Below are positions 58,606 to 64,000 of a DNA stretch of 64,000 bases, piece by piece. The stretch is from Rebecca billardiae RCC1528 (lineage: Eukaryota > Protista > Haptophyta). A model generated the notes under the pieces. That model saw nothing but the letters and a program-made list of their open reading frames with translations, was not told the DNA's origin and searched no databases. The stretch is from the NCBI GenBank assembly GCA_965240325.2, contig OZ251222.1, forward strand, positions 3,286,001 to 3,350,000, in the 5' to 3' direction. Made by a program: the position numbers and the translations under genes. Each line of letters begins with the position of its first letter. The first letter of the stretch is position 1.

Positions 58606-58848
58606 CGTGACCCAGCGTGGGCGATCCACGTCGCGTGCGCACGGCAAGTGCGCAGGTGAACCGGCGTGTGCGAGTGCCGGACTGCGCCCGCCTACGGGCA
58701 CACCGACAGTTTGCACTGGCTCCAGTGAAGAACTCCCGCCGTAACGCCTACGGATCAGTGATTAGTCGATCAGCATCAGTGCCAGACTGCTGCTGACAAA
58801 CCGTTGTTGACTGACCGTTGTCCTCACGGTTCGCGCCGGGCCCACGGT

Positions 58849-58967
58849 ATAACCGCGCGCGTCGCGCTCCGCCTTATGGCGGTCCGGTGTTTACGTTGGG
58901 CGGCTGCCTAGCTTGCCTGGGGCCGCCAGACGTCACGGGGGGCCGGGCGGCGAGACAGCGCCCGCCC
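58849..58967. repeat. Split direct repeat B2 (119 bp)
   Basis: Identical to 59470-59588. Confidence 0.93.
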
Positions 58968-59469
58968 CCACGCGGACGCTGACTCAAGCCGCACCCTGCC
59001 CCGGCGCGGCGATCCAACGCCGAGGGAGGGCGGGCGGGAGGCGGAGGAGCGCAGCTGGTTGTCCGTGCGGCTGCTCGGCGCCAAGCGTGGCCCGTCGGCT
59101 GGGTTTGGTAGTCGGGCGGCGGTCCGGTCGGCGGTCGGGCAGGGCGAGGTGCGCCGTGCGGTCGGGCGGGAAAGCGGACGGCTGCTGGGCGAAACTCGCT
59201 CCTGTTCGCCAAAGCCGGTCACTGCCCGTCAACTCCCGGCGCGCGCTCACTTTTCTGCGGTCCGCGCCAAAAGCGAGCTGCCACACGCTCGGAACGCTGT
59301 CCGGGGGCGCGCTGCGAGCTCCGAGCTCCGAGCCCGTCCGGGCGGGGGTGCGGTCGGAGGGGCGCTGGAGGAGGGTATCGGGCGGCGGCGAAGCGGCGCC
59401 GGCAGTCATAACGCGATAACCGCCGCAGACTGCCAAACCCGCCACTCCCGTCGCGTCGGCCATCGCCCC

Positions 59470-59588
59470 ATAACCGCGCGCGTCGCGCTCCGCCTTATGG
59501 CGGTCCGGTGTTTACGTTGGGCGGCTGCCTAGCTTGCCTGGGGCCGCCAGACGTCACGGGGGGCCGGGCGGCGAGACAGCGCCCGCCC
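59470..59588. repeat. Split direct repeat B1 (119 bp)
   Basis: Identical to 58849-58967; contains the YR-frame stop codon. Confidence 0.93.
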
Positions 59589-61170
59589 ACAGGGGCGCAG
59601 CGCCAGGCGCCACGCCGGCATGGGCGGCGTCGGCCGGCGCGGTCGAGGCCAGGCCCGGCCCCGACCCCCAGAGACGCTGCGCCCGGCCACGCCCCGACGC
59701 ACGCCGTCAGCGCCAAGCGCGTGCCGTCGGGCGGGGCAGCTCCCGGGAAGTACGTGCGGGGCGCAGGCCCCGCCCACCGCCCCGCAGCGGTGATCTCGGC
59801 CGCGGGAAGCCCCAGGAACGGCCAGCGTCGCCACGGCCGAGCGTCGAACCGAGTTGGCGCCAACACACGTTGTGGGAGCCCCAGCGCCCGACACTCATCG
59901 TGCAGCCACGCCAGATACGCCGCGCGAAAGCCTCGCACGCGCGCCAACCCGCCCGGTGTCGGCCGTCGACGGCGGGCAGCACCCCGAGCTCCGCGAAGCG
60001 ACGTCCAGCCAGCGTGCGTAGCCCTGAATCGCCATGCGCCCCTTGGACCTTGGACGCGAAGGGCGAAGCGCCGAAGCCCGCTGTCCGGCTGTGGCAAACC
60101 GCCGGGCCGCCTGCGCTGTGGGAGCGATGGCGGCCGGTGGAAGCGGCGGGGAGTAGGCGACGCACGCCGCGCGAACGAGGACGGTCGCGCGGCACGCGAG
60201 CGACGGCGGACGCGCCGCGGATGATCGGCGCGCACGCATGACGATCGGCGCATGATGATCGGCGCGCGCGCATGATCGGCGCATGATGATCGGCGCGCGC
60301 GCATGATGATCGGCGCGCGCGCATGATGATCGGCGCGCGCGCATGATGATCGGCGCATGATGATCGGCGCGGGCGCATGATCGGCGCATGATCGGCGCAT
60401 GATGATCGGCGCGCGCGCGTGATCGGCGCATGATGATCGGCGCGGGCGCATGATCGGCGCATGATCGGCGCGTGATGATCGGCGCGCGCGCATGATCGGC
60501 GCATGATCGGCGCATGATGATCGGCGCGGGCGCATGATCGGCGCATGATCGGCGCATGATCGGCGCATGATCGGCGCATGATCGGCGCATGATGATCGGT
60601 GCGCGCGCATGATCGGCGCATGATGATCGGCGCGGGCGCATGATCGGCGCATGATCGGCGCATGATCGGCGCATGATGATCGGCGCGCGCGCATGATCGG
60701 CGCATGATGATCGGCGCGGGCGCATGATCGGCGCATGATCGGCGCATGATCGGCGCATGATCGGCGCATGATCGGCGCATGATGATCGGCGCGCGCGCAT
60801 GATCGGCGCATGATGATCGGCGCGCGCGCATGATGATCGGCGCATGACGATCGGCGCGCGCGCATGATCGGCGCAAGATGACCGGCGCGCGCGCATGATG
60901 ATCGGCGCGCGCGCATGATGATCGGCGTGCGCGCGTGATGATCGGCGCGCGCGCATGATGCTCGGCGCATGTTGACCGGCGCGCGCGCATGATGAGCGGC
61001 GCGGACGGTGGCGCGCGGCGCCGCCACCCGCCGCCGCGGCGTCGAAGGCAGCAGCAGCGAACGCCGATGGTTCTTGGCTGGGCCAGGCGAGCATGCCGGG
61101 GGCACGCAGCAGGCGTGCACGATCGGCACTAGCAGGGTCAAGGGGCAGGTCGGCCGGCTGAGTCAGCACT
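59495..61170 (-). pseudogene. Degenerate tyrosine recombinase (frameshifted, minisatellite-interrupted)
   Basis: YR motifs are split over frames: RSK, ANSVRRSAVATLA (HSxRxG-like) and EITAAGRWAGPAPRTY (GRW plus catalytic Tyr). Confidence 0.7.
60219..61000. repeat. Minisatellite of GCATGATCGGC with ATG and GC length variants
   Basis: Directly visible, about 780 bp. Confidence 0.97.
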
Positions 61171-61213
61171 GCTGACCCGCCCCGCTGGCTGCTGAGCGGC
61201 GGCGACCGGGCGT

Positions 61214-62944
61214 TCAGGGCAGGCCGTGCTGATCGCCGGCCGCCGCGAAGGACGCGGCGGCCTCATCCCGGAGCTCGGGCCAGTACTCGGGAAGCGCCGC
61301 GCGGAAGCACCGGCTGATTGCGTCCGCCACCCGATTGCGCGCCCCAGGCACATGCTTGCAGAGCAGCGTGCTGGATGTCTCCGCCGCGAGCAGGGCGAGG
61401 TCTTGCAGCAGGCAGTTGAGCACCGGTCGGTGGGGCACAGACATGCGCGACAGCCACGCCACGGATGCAGAGTTATCACACAGTAAGAGGAGGTGCACAG
61501 CGGAGCGGCCGGCGAGCCAGCGCAAGCCGGCGAGCAGGACGCACAAGCACTCGAGCTCGTTGATGTCCCACGCCTCGCCGGCCGGCACGAAGGCGCGCAG
61601 GTCCCACGCGGCGACATGGCCCGCCGACGACGCCGCCCCACCGCGCCCCGTGGAGAGGGCGGCGTCCGTGGCCACCGCCAGCCGCTCCGAGGGTCGCACG
61701 TACAGCTGCCGCCGACACGAGCCCCGCTCGAGCAGCCGCGCGAAGAAAGCGCACTCGCGCGGCAGCAGCACCCCCAGGGGCGCCACGAGGGTGCCGGACG
61801 CAGCGAACGCATCGTGCCGCGCATAGAGGAGGTCGAGGAAGGGGCGGATGAACGGGCGAACCGCGGGCTGTATCCGAGCGATCCAGCCGAGCTTGCCGAT
61901 GAGCGAGCTGAGCTCCGGGCGCGTCACGCGGCTGCCGAGCAGCGTGAGCAGCGCCGGGAACCACTTGGCGCGCTTCCGCTCGGGTAGAGACACCGAGCCC
62001 TGGACCGCGTCAATGACGACGCCAAGCAGCTCGATGTGCTGGCATGCGGGCACGATCTTGGTCGGCTTGGCCGACGGCGGCAGACCCGCGGCGCGCAGCG
62101 TCGAGCAGTAGAGCTGGAATGCCCGATCGAGGTCCCCCCGGTGCGAGCTCCACCCGAAACCGTCATCGACAAAATTCTTGAGCTTGAAGCGCAGCTCCCC
62201 CGACCAGCGCGCCACGAACGCGTGCCGCAGCAGATCTGAGAGCCGGCAAAACAGGAACGGCGCGGACGCGGCGCCGAAGGGGAGCGAGGTGTACACGTAG
62301 TAGGCGCCCTCCCACCAAATGCAGAGCAGCCACAGATCCTCCGGGCGCACGGCGACGCGCGTGTATGCCGCGTCGATGTCCACCTTGAAGATCCAGGTGC
62401 CGGGGGTCAGATCGGCCAGGAGCTCGTCCAGCGACTCAAAGGTGAACCGCGGCGCGCGGATGTCGGCGTTCACGCCCGAGGCCGTCATGTCCACGATGAG
62501 GCGGAAGTCGTCCTCGTCCTTCGGTACGCAACCGAGCGGCGACACCGCCACTGGCCGCGGCAGGGGCCGGCCGCCGCGCGCCGGCCCCGCCAGCACGCCC
62601 GATGACACATACTCGGCGAGCCGCGCGCGCACAAACTCGGGCTGCGCCAGCGAGGAACGGTGGTTGGGACGGAACCGCGACACGCGCGCGCCGCGGTAGA
62701 GCAGATCGACGCCGTCACGCAGCTCCACGGACAGGTCAACGCCGGTGAAGGCATGGATGAAGGACGCCAGCGCCACGTAGTTGCGCTGCATGGCGTTGGG
62801 CACGAGACTGTGTGCGAGGTCAGCGCGCAGGCCGGTGCGCGCGACCATCTCGGCGGAGGTGATGGGCGGGCGAGTCATAGCGAGCGGCGCGCCGCGGAAC
62901 GCGGCGGGCACCGACAGGGGATCTCGTCGCGCGCCCACCGCCTC
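61214..62944 (-). CDS. Reverse transcriptase + RNase H of the retrotransposon
   Basis: PLGCVPK..FRLIVD, KVDIDAAY, LPFGAASAP, FVDD, IELLGV; RNase H TDAA, INELE, CDN, HVPGARNRVADAISR. Confidence 0.93.
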   Translation of the reverse strand, partial: EAVGARRDPLSVPAAFRGAPLAMTRPPITSAEMVARTGLRADLAHSLVPNAMQRNYVALASFIHAFTGVDLSVELRDGVDLLYRGARVSRFRPNHRSSLAQPEFVRARLAEYVSSGVLAGPARGGRPLPRPVAVSPLGCVPKDEDDFRLIVDMTASGVNADIRAPRFTFESLDELLADLTPGTWIFKVDIDAAYTRVAVRPEDLWLLCIWWEGAYYVYTSLPFGAASAPFLFCRLSDLLRHAFVARWSGELRFKLKNFVDDGFGWSSHRGDLDRAFQLYCSTLRAAGLPPSAKPTKIVPACQHIELLGVVIDAVQGSVSLPERKRAKWFPALLTLLGSRVTRPELSSLIGKLGWIARIQPAVRPFIRPFLDLLYARHDAFAASGTLVAPLGVLLPRECAFFARLLERGSCRRQLYVRPSERLAVATDAALSTGRGGAASSAGHVAAWDLRAFVPAGEAWDINELECLCVLLAGLRWLAGRSAVHLLLLCDNSASVAWLSRMSVPHRPVLNCLLQDLALLAAETSSTLLCKHVPGARNRVADAISRCFRAALPEYWPELRDEAAASFAAAGDQHGLP

Positions 62945-64000
62945 CTAGACGCGGCCCACGCCCGTGTGCTGCTGCACGTGCGCTGTCTCGGCGTGCGCGC
63001 CGGCCAAGTGGCCAAGGCTCCCGCACAGAGCGCACTTGGTGGCGTGCGCGAGCGTGAAGTTGTGCTGCATCTGCGCAGACGGTTGGCCGCCGGCCGACCG
63101 GTACGCGGCGAACAGCGGGCACGCCGCCGCGGAGCAGTCGCCGAATAGCTGGTGCCGTAGGCAGCCGTGCGCGCGGAAGACGCGGTGGTTGGCCTCCGAG
63201 AGCAGGGGCCGCCCGCTCGCGTCGCACACACCCCCGTACCGCGCCAGCTCGCGCGCCAGCGTCAGCGGCGGCACGCCCCCCGCAGAGGCGGCGCCCGGGA
63301 ACGGTTGCGGCAGCGTCCGCGGCGGCCCGCCTGGCGGCGGGGGCGGCGGGCCGGGAGGCGGCGCCTGCGGCCCCGGCGGGTACGGCGCCGGTGTGTACGG
63401 CGCCGGCCCGGGCGCCCAGGCCGAACCCGCCGGCGGCACGTACGTGAGCGCGAGCGGCGCGGGCCCGGGCTGCGCCCCCTGTACCGGCGGCGCCGGCGGG
63501 GCCGGCGCTGCCGCCTGCAGCCCCTGCGGGTACGGCGCCGGCGGGCACAGCGCCGGGCGGGGCGCCCAGGACGATCCTGCCGAGGGTGCGCACGTGAACG
63601 AGAGCGGCACGGGCCCGTGCGGCGCCACCTGCATCGGCGCCGACCACGACCAGCAGCCCCACTCCGCTGCGCCGGGCGCCGCCCCGCCAAAGCCGGGCGA
63701 CAGGTCCTGCACCATCAGCGACGGCGGCGGCGGCGGAATCGGCATGCTCCCACCGTAGACGCGCATCAGCGGGCGCATGGCAAACTTGTCATGGAAGGGG
63801 TTGTCGTTCTTGTAGCAGTCGAAGAACGGCTCCCGCCCGCCACCGATGCTCGCCACCAGCGCCGCCACGCCCGAGCGCGCGTCGAGCACCCGCCCGAGGC
63901 TCTCCGAGAATTCAGAGTGGAACTGTGCCGCCGCCCGCCAGTCGCGCGCCTCAGCGAGCTGCATCACGAAGCCCCTGTACTCGCGCAGCACCTCGGCGTC
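62945..64000 (-). CDS. gag-like ORF1 of the retrotransposon (5'-truncated by the window edge)
   Basis: Open to the window edge; duplicated Pro-rich segment; C-terminal zinc-knuckle variant CALCGSLGHLAGAH. Confidence 0.75.
   Translation of the reverse strand, partial: DAEVLREYRGFVMQLAEARDWRAAAQFHSEFSESLGRVLDARSGVAALVASIGGGREPFFDCYKNDNPFHDKFAMRPLMRVYGGSMPIPPPPPSLMVQDLSPGFGGAAPGAAEWGCWSWSAPMQVAPHGPVPLSFTCAPSAGSSWAPRPALCPPAPYPQGLQAAAPAPPAPPVQGAQPGPAPLALTYVPPAGSAWAPGPAPYTPAPYPPGPQAPPPGPPPPPPGGPPRTLPQPFPGAASAGGVPPLTLARELARYGGVCDASGRPLLSEANHRVFRAHGCLRHQLFGDCSAAACPLFAAYRSAGGQPSAQMQHNFTLAHATKCALCGSLGHLAGAHAETAHVQQHTGVGRV

Larger units (their letters stand above)
58849..64000 (-). mobile_element. Ngaro-like (DIRS order) tyrosine-recombinase retrotransposon; 5' part lies beyond the window
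   Basis: Order gag, RT/RNase H, YR, followed by a B1-A2-B2 split-direct-repeat end. Confidence 0.88.

Noticed and set aside
60219-61000. CRISPR array or real repeat protein (HAPIMRRSCAD)
   Set aside because: There are no unique spacers or cas genes; an 11-nt satellite gives the same peptide in all frames.

Overview
Very GC-rich eukaryotic nuclear DNA. Short (about 100-190 nt) (CG)n-rich introns, frequent GC-AG splice donors and the gene content point to a haptophyte alga, possibly a pavlovophyte such as Diacronema (inference). About 20 host genes are mostly arranged as tight head-to-head pairs: FMP-type/nitrobindin-like heme protein + flavin L-amino-acid/amine oxidase; RsmB + RAP-domain protein; unknown + CDC20; NAA50 + AGC kinase; BSD-cytidylate-kinase fusion + WD40-TRP channel; MDC1-like FHA-tBRCT + basic-repeat protein; EHD + glycosyltransferase-like; and two of three amino-acid permease paralogues. 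Also present are FANCL, class I fumarase, a VDE-like Cys-rich protein and glutaminyl-tRNA synthetase. The last 5 kb is a Ngaro-type tyrosine-recombinase retrotransposon with split direct repeats, gag and RT/RNase H in one frame across a single UAG followed by a hairpin, and a recombinase broken by an 11-nt minisatellite. Intergenic DNA holds microsatellites, tandem duplications, a possible non-autonomous Helitron and dispersed repeats that diverge mainly by micro-insertions. The best novel-system candidates are the membrane-anchored oxidase/heme-protein pair (H2O2 production plus handling) and the putative gag-pol stop-codon readthrough. All calls and intron models come from motif recognition by eye; no searches were run.
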